A stretch of DNA of 17,923 nucleotides. Source: Deferrisomatales bacterium. GTDB taxonomy: Bacteria; Desulfobacterota; Deferrisomatia; Deferrisomatales; JACRMM01. The notes below the pieces were generated by a model. The model worked only from the letters and a program-made list of their open reading frames with translations, searched no databases and had not been told where the DNA came from. Positions within the stretch are counted from its first letter, which is position 1. Each line of letters opens with the position of its first letter. Shown here piece after piece: positions 1 through 8,631 of the stretch. The position numbers and the translations under genes are program-made. The stretch covers positions 1 to 17,923 of the forward strand of contig JAWSUI010000068.1 of the NCBI GenBank assembly GCA_033551855.1, given 5' to 3'.

Positions 1-55
1 GTGAGTCGCCCCAGGAAATTCCGCCACGGGCGCAATCCACCCTGCGGAAAGTGAG
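1..55 (+). mobile_element. Possible right end of an insertion sequence (IS1634-like), interrupting the usp gene
   Basis: Frame 1 reads VSRPRKFRHGRNPPCGK* and ends in tgcggaaagtgag, which from memory resembles IS1634-type ends where the transposase C-terminus overlaps the terminal repeat. USP similarity starts abruptly right after it. No transposase core is visible. Confidence 0.3.
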
Positions 56-533
56 CTCTGAGCTGTCGCTCTGTGTGCTGCCCCATCTCGAGCGCCTCTC
101 GAGGGGAGGCGGCGTGGAACGCGTCATCTTGCTGAGGGTGATCGAGCCAACGCCGAGAAATATCGGCGCGGATTACCTCATCGATGAGGCGACCGCAACC
201 AAGCTTTTCGAAAGCCACAGGAGGGAAGCCGGGCGCTGGTTGCAGGCAGTGGGCCAGGGACTTGGGCACGTGCCAGTCAGGGTTTCGTGGGACGTCGTGC
301 CGGGAAGAGCCGCGGAGGCCATCGCCGACTATACGGCTCGGGAGGGGGTGGATCTCTTGCTGATGGCCACGCACGGCCGCTCCGGGGTGGGCCGGTGGCT
401 CATGGGAAGCGTGGCCGAGAGAGTCCTCCACGCCTCCTGTGTTCCCGTCCTCCTTGTGCGCCCGCCGACCTGCATCCCGAAGCCGTTCACGGCCCAGGGA
501 GATACCGACTTTCCCGGAACCCCGCGTCGATGA
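51..533 (+). CDS. Universal stress protein (USP family), apparently 5'-truncated
   Basis: The C-terminal USP signature DLLLMATHGRSGVGRWLMGSVAERVLHASCVPVLLVR is present, preceded by G-x-A-A-E-A-I. The ORF begins at SELSLCVLPH and lacks the usual ILVPLDG first strand; the in-frame upstream sequence is unrelated. Confidence 0.85.
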   Translation: MSSELSLCVLPHLERLSRGGGVERVILLRVIEPTPRNIGADYLIDEATATKLFESHRREAGRWLQAVGQGLGHVPVRVSWDVVPGRAAEAIADYTAREGVDLLLMATHGRSGVGRWLMGSVAERVLHASCVPVLLVRPPTCIPKPFTAQGDTDFPGTPRR

Positions 534-566
534 TACCCGTTGCGGCAGACACGCGCGGGCCTGACA

Positions 567-1847
567 TCACGGGAAGGGGATCACATAAGGCCCTTCCGGA
601 ATGACCGCGACGGCCACGTCGCCGCTGCGAGCCACCGCTTCCTCGACCGCTCCCATCGGGTCACGTGCCCGGTGTACGCCAAGCAGGCCCCAGTCCAACT
701 CGGGCAGGGTGGGGGCGTACAAGTGGATCTGGGCCCTGCACAGGGCCTGGGCAAGCTTCTCCGTCTGCCACTGATCAATCTTCGGGCGCTCCGCAGAGGA
801 GATCTGCGCCAAAAACCCCTGCGGACCCAGTTGCACGAGGCGCACCTGTGCGTCGCGAAATCCAGCGGATCCAACCCCTTCCGAGCATTCTGAGACGACC
901 ACTACGGTTCCGCCAGGCTCCAGGATGCCCAAGGGAGTGACCATTCCTTTGATCGTTTGATAGTAGGTCTTATCCAACGGAAACCCGCCGGCGGAAGTGA
1001 GAATGGTGTGAAACTTTCGCCCCACCCGAACCTCTGAAATCCTCCTGGCCACCTCTACCGCCTGCAGGTGGCTCTCTACCAAGGCGCCGGCACTCACAAA
1101 GACCCCGCGGCGCTCCTCGTCCAGCACCACGTTCACACCAAAGACGGGCCCCACCATGCCCGCAATCTCCAGTTGCTCCCGGTGGAGGGGATTGTCGTCC
1201 AACACGCAGCTCGTTGCGCGCGGGTGCTCCATCAGGGGCGGCGCGTGAAGCGGCAGGATGGTGTCGCGATGGGCCACGCCCGGCACGACCACCTTTCGGC
1301 CGCCGGAATAGCCTGCCATGAAGTGGGGCTCGACGAGCCCCGTGACGATGCGCACTTCTGCCTCCACGAATCTTCGGTCCAGGAGCGCGGGGATACCCCC
1401 CGATGACATCCCCAGTCTGACGTGGCTGGCATCGTCCTCCGCGTGGTGGTTTTCCACCCGAACTTCGCTGTAGGCCTCGTCACCAACGATCGATCGCTTT
1501 TCTTCCTCAGGTGCGGCTCGATGGAGTCCTGTTGCGATGAGGACCGTGATCTGGTCTCGGCCGACACCGGCCGCTCCCAACTCGGCCAGGACCGGAGGGA
1601 GCAGGGATGCGTTGGGCACGGGGCGTGTGATGTCACAGACCAGGATGCACGCGGTGCGTCCTCCCCGGGCTACCTCCCGCAAGGGCGGGCACCCTACCGG
1701 ACTGTTCAGCGCCTTGAGGCATGCTGCAGAAAGGTCCTGTAAGACGGGGAGACGGCCCTTGCGAATCCAGTGACCCTGGCAAATTCCGGGCAACCGCACC
1801 TGCAGGCCCTGGCGTCCATACAGCAGATTGACCATTTTCGTCTTCAC
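567..1847 (-). CDS. larA: LarA-family nickel-pincer-nucleotide-dependent racemase/epimerase (lactate racemase homolog)
   Basis: Motifs CDITRP, ATGLHR, VEPHFMAGYSGGRK and YQTIKG match the LarA active-site pattern. The start is placed at GTG 1847 behind a GGGGAG RBS (ORF track extends to 1868). Substrate unknown. Confidence 0.92.
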   Translation of the reverse strand: MKTKMVNLLYGRQGLQVRLPGICQGHWIRKGRLPVLQDLSAACLKALNSPVGCPPLREVARGGRTACILVCDITRPVPNASLLPPVLAELGAAGVGRDQITVLIATGLHRAAPEEEKRSIVGDEAYSEVRVENHHAEDDASHVRLGMSSGGIPALLDRRFVEAEVRIVTGLVEPHFMAGYSGGRKVVVPGVAHRDTILPLHAPPLMEHPRATSCVLDDNPLHREQLEIAGMVGPVFGVNVVLDEERRGVFVSAGALVESHLQAVEVARRISEVRVGRKFHTILTSAGGFPLDKTYYQTIKGMVTPLGILEPGGTVVVVSECSEGVGSAGFRDAQVRLVQLGPQGFLAQISSAERPKIDQWQTEKLAQALCRAQIHLYAPTLPELDWGLLGVHRARDPMGAVEEAVARSGDVAVAVIPEGPYVIPFP

Positions 1848-2062
1848 GGCGTTCTCCCCCATGTGCACAGTTTCCCTTAACCCGACCCCTCGGGGGACAA
1901 ACGCAAGCCATCTCCCGGCATGAACGAGTCGGGGCCCCCGTCAGACTTGATGACGCGTGCTCAAGCGGCGGCCCCGCCAGGCTGGAACGTGGGCTATTCC
2001 CGCGCTCCGGTCGCCGGTTCCGGGGCCTTGTGAAAAACTGCCCAGGGGTGGCTGGTTCCATC

Positions 2063-2091
2063 TTGACCTCCCCCAGGATGGACACTATGAT
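2063..2091 (+). promoter_or_regulatory. Putative sigma70 promoter for cassette 1
   Basis: TTGACC (2063-2068), 17 bp spacer, TATGAT (2086-2091), about 40 bp upstream of the dctP ATG. Confidence 0.65.
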
Positions 2092-2106
2092 GCCATCATC
2101 CTACCT
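2087..2106 (+). promoter_or_regulatory. Candidate repressor operator (GntR/FadR) overlapping the -10/+1 region
   Basis: Perfect palindrome ATGATG-C-CATCAT (2087-2099), overlapping a CATCCTACC half-symmetric site. The position is typical for a repressor. Assignment to the GntR is inference. Confidence 0.35.
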
Positions 2107-2133
2107 TTAGGCAAACCCGAAAGGAGGCACGCG

Positions 2134-3165
2134 ATGAAGGCGAAGCGGTGGTTTCAGGTAGGCTCGGTCGTTGCTGTTGCCCTAATGGCCTGCTCCGCAT
2201 GGGGCCAGGACGTCATCCGCTGGAAGGCGCAGACGTTGTGGAGCGCTGCGGAGACCCCTCACAAGGCGTTTGAGGACTTCTGTAAGCGCATCTCCGTCCT
2301 GACCAACGGCCGATTGGAGATCACACCCTTTCCGGCGGGGTCCATCGTTCCCACCAACGAGGCACTGGACGCTCTGCGGGCGAACGTGATCCAGGCCATG
2401 AACCAGTGGCCAGGCTACTGGACCGGGAAGAATCCGGCCTTTGCCGCACTGACCGACTTGCCGATGGCGTGGCTGCATCCCTGGGAGGCTGACGCTTTTT
2501 TCCATTACAAGGGCGGCCTCGAGATGCTTCGCGAGCTCTATGAACCCTTCGGCGCCTACACGGTCGGGGTCAGCTGGTGGGGGTCGGAGTCCTACGTCAT
2601 GAAGCGCCCCATCGCGAAGGTCGAGGACCTACGGGGTGTCAAGATTCGCCTTCCTCAGGGCATGGAAGCCGACATCATGATGCGGCTTGGGGCGTCCGTC
2701 GTGGTTCTGCCGGGCGGCGAGGTCTACTCGGCGCTGGACAAAGGGGTCGTAGACATGGCGAATTGGGCCACCCCCTCCATGAATGAGCGCATGGGATTCT
2801 CTCAGGTAGCAAAGTACTTCACGTGGCCGGGGTGGCACTCCATGCCCGTGGGAGACTTCACGGTCAACCGGAGGGAGTGGGACAAGCTGCCTGCGGATAT
2901 CAAGCAGATCCTGATCACCGCCTCCCGGGAATGGTGCTGGGATTCGCTCCAGCGCATCCACATGGAGGACTTGGAGGTCATCGCGCGGGCACGGAGCAAG
3001 GGCTACACGGATTACATCCCGGTCACTTGGAGCGACGAGGAGGTGGCCAAGGTGCGCCAAGTCGCGCTCCAGGTTTGGGAGGACTGGACAAAGAAAAGTG
3101 AGCAGACCAAGAAGGTGATCGAGGCGCAAAAGGCCTTCCTGCGGGAACTCGGACGCATCGACTAG
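2134..3165 (+). CDS. dctP: TRAP transporter substrate-binding protein (TakP-like, 2-oxo/2-hydroxy monocarboxylate type)
   Basis: AGGAGG RBS at 2122-2127 and a signal peptide (MKAKRWF...SAWG). Motifs IRWKAQTLW, GRLEITPFPAGSIVP, YWTGKNPA, DLRGVKIRLP and GEVYSALDKGVVD are present. Confidence 0.92.
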   Translation: MKAKRWFQVGSVVAVALMACSAWGQDVIRWKAQTLWSAAETPHKAFEDFCKRISVLTNGRLEITPFPAGSIVPTNEALDALRANVIQAMNQWPGYWTGKNPAFAALTDLPMAWLHPWEADAFFHYKGGLEMLRELYEPFGAYTVGVSWWGSESYVMKRPIAKVEDLRGVKIRLPQGMEADIMMRLGASVVVLPGGEVYSALDKGVVDMANWATPSMNERMGFSQVAKYFTWPGWHSMPVGDFTVNRREWDKLPADIKQILITASREWCWDSLQRIHMEDLEVIARARSKGYTDYIPVTWSDEEVAKVRQVALQVWEDWTKKSEQTKKVIEAQKAFLRELGRID

Positions 3166-3245
3166 GGAGGCAACCCGGTGGGGAGGCGCGCCTCCGGTTG
3201 GCGTTCCTCCCCGCCTTCGCCCCCGCTCCCGACGGAGGCGGAGGC
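3166..3245 (+). other. GC-rich stem-loops between dctP and dctQ (cassette 1)
   Basis: Perfect palindrome GGAGGCGCGCCTCC (3182-3195) nested within caacc/ggttg and gggagg/cctccc arms, plus a second stem gccttcgcc...ggcggaggc (3213-3245). No U-tract. Confidence 0.5.
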
Positions 3246-3265
3246 ATGCAGAGGAAGGGCAGGAA

Positions 3266-3766
3266 ATGAGGCGAGTCCTGTCAGCCATCGACGCTCTGAG
3301 CATGTGGAGCGGCAAGGCCGTGAGCATCCTCACCCTCCTCGTTGCACTGGTCATCGTGTACGAGACGACCGTCCGGACGTTCTTTCTCCGCCCCACCGTA
3401 TGGGCCGCCGAGGCAACCGTCTTCGCTTGCGGCTTGGTCTATGTGATTGGCGGCGCGTGGACCATGTTGGAGGACAAGCACGTACGCATCGACCTCCTCT
3501 ATTCACGGCTCAGCCCGAGGGGGCGAGCGACCATCAACACGCTCTCCTTTTCGTTCTTCGCGCTGTACGTCGGTGTCATGCTGTGGGCCACCACTGCCTA
3601 CGCCCTCGATTCTCTCCAACTGCGCGAGACTCTCGGGACGGCTTGGGATCCACCGATCTACCCGATCAAGCTCGCGCTCGCCTTCAGCTTCCTGCTCTTG
3701 CTTCTCCAGGGAATTGCTCGCTTCATTCGTGACCTCCACCTAGCGCTCACGGGAAGGGCCTTATGA
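3266..3766 (+). CDS. dctQ: TRAP transporter small permease
   Basis: 166 aa with four hydrophobic segments and motifs PTVWAAE and HVRIDLLYSRLSPR; lies between dctP and dctM. Confidence 0.92.
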   Translation: MRRVLSAIDALSMWSGKAVSILTLLVALVIVYETTVRTFFLRPTVWAAEATVFACGLVYVIGGAWTMLEDKHVRIDLLYSRLSPRGRATINTLSFSFFALYVGVMLWATTAYALDSLQLRETLGTAWDPPIYPIKLALAFSFLLLLLQGIARFIRDLHLALTGRAL

Positions 3767-5082
3767 GCATCGAATGGGTCACCGTTCTGCTCCTGGCGAG
3801 CCTCATGGTCCTTCTGGTCGTGGGGCTCCCCTTGGCGTGGGCGATCGGCGCCACGGCCGTCGGCTTCACACTGCTGCTGTTCGGGCCGTACGTCATGGTG
3901 ATGATGGTGTCCCGCGTCTTCGACATGATGCTCAACTACACCCTCATGGCTGTCCCGCTGTTCGTCTTGATGGCGGCCATTCTGCAGAGGGCGGGGGTGG
4001 CCGAGCAGATGTTTCGGGCCGTACACATCTGGGCTGGAGGCATTCGGGGCGGCCTCGCCGTCGGCACGATCATCACCAATGCGATCATGGCCGCGATGGT
4101 TGGCGTCATCGGAGCCGAGATCGTCACCTTTGGCCTCATCGCCCTTCCCGCCATGCTCGCCCGGAAGTACGACGACACACTGGCCCTCGGCAGCGTCGCC
4201 GCCGGAGGAGGGCTGGCCACCCTGATCCCGCCCAGCGTGGTCTTCATCGTCTATGCCATGACTGCCGGTTGCTCTGTGGGGGAGCTCTTCATTGCCGGCA
4301 TTGTCCCCGGCCTCCTCCTGGGGAGCCTGTTCATCGTGTACATCCTGTATCGGGCTTGGCGTTACCCAGATTCCGCGCCCGCCGCTCCCCCGGAAGAACG
4401 GGACCTGCCACTGTCCCAAAAGCTGGCGCTGTTGGGGGGTCTCATTATCCCGTCTCTTATCGCTATCGGCGTTTTGGGCTCGATCTACACGGGCGTTGCC
4501 ACTCCCTCGGAGGCGGCGGGAATCGGGGTGTTGGGCGCACTCTTGGCGGCGGCCGCGAACCGGAAGCTGTCGTGGGCCTCACTTCGCGACTCCCTCTACG
4601 AGACAACCAAGATCAGCTGTATGTTGGCTTGGCTGTTTTTCGGTGCGCAGACGATTATTGGGATCTACAGCTTGGCCGGGGGAACAGAGTTTGTGAAGCA
4701 TTCGATCACATCAATGAATCTTGGCCCGTGGGGCACTATAGTCTTTATGCAGTTGATACTTATTTTCTTGGGCATGTTTTTGGATTGGATAGGCATTCTG
4801 CTGTTAACAATGCCGTTATTTGTGCCTGTTATCCTGGATATGGGCTTCAGCAATATATGGTTCGGTGTGGTTTTCTGCATGAACATGCATGTCGCCTATC
4901 TGTCTCCTCCTTTTGGTCCCTCCTGCTTCTACTTGAAGAGTGTGGCCCCAGACCACATCACCATGGGGAAGATCTACGCTTCGGTCATGCCGTACCTGTG
5001 GATCACGGTGGCGGCACTGGCCCTAACCGTGGCCTTCCCCCAACTGTCCTTGTGGTTGCCCGCCCAGATGCTGGGCAGGTGA
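3763..5082 (+). CDS. dctM: TRAP transporter large permease
   Basis: 439 aa polytopic protein with AVPLFVLM, LIPPSVVFIVY, GVATPSEAAG, GMFLD and SPPFG motifs; ATGA overlap with dctQ. Confidence 0.95.
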   Translation: MSIEWVTVLLLASLMVLLVVGLPLAWAIGATAVGFTLLLFGPYVMVMMVSRVFDMMLNYTLMAVPLFVLMAAILQRAGVAEQMFRAVHIWAGGIRGGLAVGTIITNAIMAAMVGVIGAEIVTFGLIALPAMLARKYDDTLALGSVAAGGGLATLIPPSVVFIVYAMTAGCSVGELFIAGIVPGLLLGSLFIVYILYRAWRYPDSAPAAPPEERDLPLSQKLALLGGLIIPSLIAIGVLGSIYTGVATPSEAAGIGVLGALLAAAANRKLSWASLRDSLYETTKISCMLAWLFFGAQTIIGIYSLAGGTEFVKHSITSMNLGPWGTIVFMQLILIFLGMFLDWIGILLLTMPLFVPVILDMGFSNIWFGVVFCMNMHVAYLSPPFGPSCFYLKSVAPDHITMGKIYASVMPYLWITVAALALTVAFPQLSLWLPAQMLGR

Positions 5083-5086
5083 TGCG

Positions 5087-5860
5087 ATGAGCACAGACTT
5101 GCCCATCAAACGAACGTCCGCCGCTGACGAGGTATTTCGGGTGCTCCATGACCGGATCATGTCGGGAGCGCTCCAGCACGGTGACCGGCTTCCGTCCCAA
5201 GACAAGCTGGCGGAACAACTTTCCGTGAGCCGGAACACCCTTCGCGAGGCGATCCACAAACTTCAGGCAATGGGGCTCCTCTCGGCTAAGCAGGGCGTGG
5301 GCACGGTCGTGGAGTTGGCCAGCCCCGCAAGCTATGTCGGGTTCCTTCAGGACCACCTCCTCCTGAACCCTTCGACGGTCAGGGAGTTTCTCGAAGCCAG
5401 ATTGTTTGTGGAAAAGGCCGTTGTGACCCTTGCCGTGCTTCGGGCCTCGCACGAGCAGGTGGAGCAACTGGGAAAGGCGCTGAAGGAGCAAAGGGCAGCA
5501 TTTCGGGCTGGGGACATCGAGTCGTTTGGCAAGCTGGATGCCGCCTTTCACCTCGATTTGGCCCGACTGAGCGGGAATCAGGTGCTGGGGAAGCTTCTCG
5601 AGACCATCCGGGACCTCCTAAGTCGATTCATTGCGGAGGTTTCCCTCCTGCCGGGGGCCGTCGAACGGGCACTGCGCTTCCATGAGGACATCTTGGCCCG
5701 GGTTGCCGCTCGGGACTCCACCGGGGCGGAGCGCAAGATGGTGGAACACATTTCGGATGTCGTCCGTGCCATCGAGGCGAACACGGGGAGTGAGCTGAAT
5801 CTCGATGCCCTCTTGAGCCTATCGCTCGAGAGCATCGATCGCAGGGGAGGGAGACGATGA
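5087..5860 (+). CDS. GntR-family (FadR subfamily, FCD domain) transcriptional regulator
   Basis: N-terminal wHTH GDRLPSQDKLAEQLSVSRNTLREAI...GVGTVV; C-terminal FCD motifs DAAFHLDLARLSGN, FHEDI and MVEHI. Confidence 0.93.
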   Translation: MSTDLPIKRTSAADEVFRVLHDRIMSGALQHGDRLPSQDKLAEQLSVSRNTLREAIHKLQAMGLLSAKQGVGTVVELASPASYVGFLQDHLLLNPSTVREFLEARLFVEKAVVTLAVLRASHEQVEQLGKALKEQRAAFRAGDIESFGKLDAAFHLDLARLSGNQVLGKLLETIRDLLSRFIAEVSLLPGAVERALRFHEDILARVAARDSTGAERKMVEHISDVVRAIEANTGSELNLDALLSLSLESIDRRGGRR

Positions 5861-6879
5861 AATCCACTCCGTATTGCCTGGTCCTTTCGGCGCTCTACCG
5901 GGGAGCCAGGGGTGAACGGCCACCCGTTGTGAATCCCACCTCCATCGCCTGTCACGGCCTCATGGACGCCTGCGGTATTTCTTTTCCTGAGGCCCACTTG
6001 GATCCCCAGGCCATGGCAGACCTCGCCCTGTCCGGGCACACGGTCGCAGGTTTTGACACGGTGATGCCGGAGTTCAGCGTCCATCAGGAATCTGCCGCGT
6101 TGGGGTGCGAGGTGGACTGGGGGAACCGGGATCGGATGCCGGACGCAAAGACTGCCCCGTACCAGGATTTCTCCGACGTGCGGGTTCCCGAAGACCTCCT
6201 GGAGAGGCCTTCCATGCGGGTAGTGCTTGACGCTTTAGGGATTCTGAGAAAACAGGTAGGCGGAAAGGTGGCGATCGTGGGGAAGGTCATGGGCCCCTGG
6301 ACGCTCGCCTACCACATGGCAGGCACCCAGAACTTCCTGCTCCAGATAGGCCTTGGAGAGACGGAGCAAGTTAAGCGGATGCTTCTGCAGTTGCTGCCAG
6401 TGACCGTGGCGTACGCCAAGGCGCAGTTCCAAGCTGGGGCGGACGTGGTGGTGGTAGGTGACCATGCCACAGGAAACCTGGTGGGACCGTACCATTATCG
6501 GGATCTCCTTCTGCCGTTCCATCAGGAGCTCACCCGGCAGGTCGATGGCCCCCTCATACTCCATGTATGTGGAAACTGCAGCGACCGCCTCGAGTACTTC
6601 GCCGACGCCGGGTTCGACGCCTACCACTTCGAGTGGCAGGTGGACGCCAGGGAAGCGGTCGCGCGCGTAGGGAAACGTTTGGCCTTGGTGGGAAACGTGA
6701 ACAATCCTCAGACGCTCCTCCAGGGGACGCCGCGCGATGCATACCGCCAAGCCCGATACGCAGTGGAGGCCGGCGTGGACCTGATCGGCCCGGAGTGCGC
6801 GATTCCACTCAGCACTCCTCTGGAAAACCTGCAGGCGATCTCCGATGCGGTTCGGGAGGGGTATGGAGGGCGGACATGA
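5857..6879 (+). CDS. MtaA/CmuA-family methylcobamide methyltransferase (URO-D superfamily, Zn-thiol type)
   Basis: Archaeal MtaA/MtbA-like segments FPEAHLDPQAMADLA, ESAALGCEVDWG and VMGPWTLA. The Zn-ligand pattern H-x-C (LHVCG) and the distal Cys (GPECAIP) are both present. ATGA overlap with gntR. Confidence 0.85.
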   Translation: MKSTPYCLVLSALYRGARGERPPVVNPTSIACHGLMDACGISFPEAHLDPQAMADLALSGHTVAGFDTVMPEFSVHQESAALGCEVDWGNRDRMPDAKTAPYQDFSDVRVPEDLLERPSMRVVLDALGILRKQVGGKVAIVGKVMGPWTLAYHMAGTQNFLLQIGLGETEQVKRMLLQLLPVTVAYAKAQFQAGADVVVVGDHATGNLVGPYHYRDLLLPFHQELTRQVDGPLILHVCGNCSDRLEYFADAGFDAYHFEWQVDAREAVARVGKRLALVGNVNNPQTLLQGTPRDAYRQARYAVEAGVDLIGPECAIPLSTPLENLQAISDAVREGYGGRT

Positions 6880-7952
6880 GTGTCGAGGTGAGACCGGATT
6901 TCGAGCGGATACGGAAGGCCGCCAGACACGAGGAGCCGGATCGGGTTCCCTTGTGCGAGGTCCTCATCGAGTATCCCATCCAGAGTCGATTCCTGGGGCG
7001 CGAGGTCAAGGAGGTCGACCTGGCAAGCCAGATCGAGTTCTGGTCCAAGGCCGGATACGACTACATTCCTCTCACCGTCGGGATGATGAGCCCCGGAAAG
7101 GTGACCGAGGAGTCGGCCATCACGCGCGCGATTCGCGACGCGATGTTCAGAGAAGAAGCCGCGGCGGATGCGAGATCCTGGAACCTGGAGTACACGAGCT
7201 TCATCAAGAACCGCGCTGATCTGGAGCGCTTTCCCTGGGAACTCGCGGCCAAGATGGATTTCGGCAAGATAGAAGAGGCGGCCACTCTTCTCCCGCTTGG
7301 CATGAAGGCGATCGCGGTTTCCGGGAAAATCTTCACCTTGGCTTGGATGCTCATGGGGTTCAACAATTTCTCCATGTCACTTCTCATGGACGAGGAACTG
7401 GTCGCTGACGTCTTCCGGCGGGTGGCCGAAATACAGTTCCAGGCCCTGGACCGGATCTTCGAGATGCCCCATGTGGGGGCGGTTTGGGCTGTCGATGATC
7501 TGGCTTTCGGCACGGGCCCGATGATCTCGCCCCAGGCCTTTCGAGACCATGTGTTCCCGTGGTATCGCGAGATCGCCGCAAGATGCCATCGCAACGGGCT
7601 CCTCTTCTTCTTGCACTCGGATGGGGACCTTACCCCGCTCCTGCCCGACCTGATCGACCTTGGCTTGGACGTGTTGCAACCTGTGGATCCCACCTGTCTT
7701 GATATCTTCGCGGTCAAGGAGCAATTCGGTGATCGGCTCTGTCTGGCCGGAAACGTCTCGAACGAACTGCTTCGGGCGGGCACGCCGCAGGAGGTGGATG
7801 CGGAGGTACGCAAACTCATCCAAGGCCTCGCGCCGGGCGGCGGATATTGTCTCGGTTCGGGCAATTCCGTGCCCGCTTGGGCCAAGTTTGAAAACTACGA
7901 GGCCATGCGCCGGGCTGCTTTCACGTACGGGGCCTATCCCGTCCAGGCATGA
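6876..7952 (+). CDS. Uroporphyrinogen decarboxylase-superfamily protein, probable corrinoid methyltransferase (MT1-type)
   Basis: The start at ATG 6876 overlaps the upstream stop, with a GGAGGG RBS. Motifs EPDRVPLCE, VDDLAF, FLHSDG, LAGNV and GGGYCLGSGNS are present. Confidence 0.82.
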   Translation: MSVEVRPDFERIRKAARHEEPDRVPLCEVLIEYPIQSRFLGREVKEVDLASQIEFWSKAGYDYIPLTVGMMSPGKVTEESAITRAIRDAMFREEAAADARSWNLEYTSFIKNRADLERFPWELAAKMDFGKIEEAATLLPLGMKAIAVSGKIFTLAWMLMGFNNFSMSLLMDEELVADVFRRVAEIQFQALDRIFEMPHVGAVWAVDDLAFGTGPMISPQAFRDHVFPWYREIAARCHRNGLLFFLHSDGDLTPLLPDLIDLGLDVLQPVDPTCLDIFAVKEQFGDRLCLAGNVSNELLRAGTPQEVDAEVRKLIQGLAPGGGYCLGSGNSVPAWAKFENYEAMRRAAFTYGAYPVQA

Positions 7953-7989
7953 GTCCGTTTCCTGGCCAGCGACCGCAAGAGGAGCCACA

Positions 7990-8631
7990 ATGAGCGATTA
8001 TGTGCAAAGGGTGTATAGCGCGGTGAACGAGCGGCGGCCCAAAGAGATTCAGTCCCTCGTTCGGGAGGCCATAGACGCAGGCACCGACGTGGGGCGCATC
8101 ATGAATGAGGGGCTGATAGCCGCCATGGATGAGGTGGGCCGCCAGTTTGCGGAAGGCGAAATCTTCGTCCCCGAGATGCTCGTGTCTGCCCACACCATGA
8201 AACTCGGCCTGGAAGTGGTGAAGCCGCTGCTCAAAGGCGATGCCGCCGCGTCCAAGGGCACCGTCATTCTGGGGACCGTGAAGGGAGATTTGCACGACAT
8301 CGGCAAGAACGTCGTCGCCATGATGCTAGAGGGCGCGGGCTTCCATGTGATCGACTTGGGCGTAGACCTTACCGTGGAGAAGGTGGTGGACAAGGTCAAG
8401 GAGCTCGAGCCCGACATCGTGGGCCTGTCCGCGCTGCTCACGACCACCATGCCGGAGATGAAGAACGTGATCTCAGCCCTCGAGACTGCCGGCCTCAGAG
8501 GCAAGGTGAAGGTCATGGTCGGAGGAGCTCCGGTGGACGCAAGGTTCGCAGCGCAAATCGGTGCTGACGGTCACGGCAAGGATGCCGCCGAGGCGGTCAG
8601 CCTGGCGCGACGTCTCGTCGCGGTGGATTGA
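7990..8631 (+). CDS. Corrinoid (cobalamin-binding) methyl-carrier protein 1 (MtaC/MtbC-like)
   Basis: AGGAG RBS; cap domain GLIAAMDEVG..F...EIFVPEML; B12 motifs GDLHDIGKN (DxHxxG), GLSALLTTT and VMVGGAPV. Confidence 0.95.
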   Translation: MSDYVQRVYSAVNERRPKEIQSLVREAIDAGTDVGRIMNEGLIAAMDEVGRQFAEGEIFVPEMLVSAHTMKLGLEVVKPLLKGDAAASKGTVILGTVKGDLHDIGKNVVAMMLEGAGFHVIDLGVDLTVEKVVDKVKELEPDIVGLSALLTTTMPEMKNVISALETAGLRGKVKVMVGGAPVDARFAAQIGADGHGKDAAEAVSLARRLVAVD

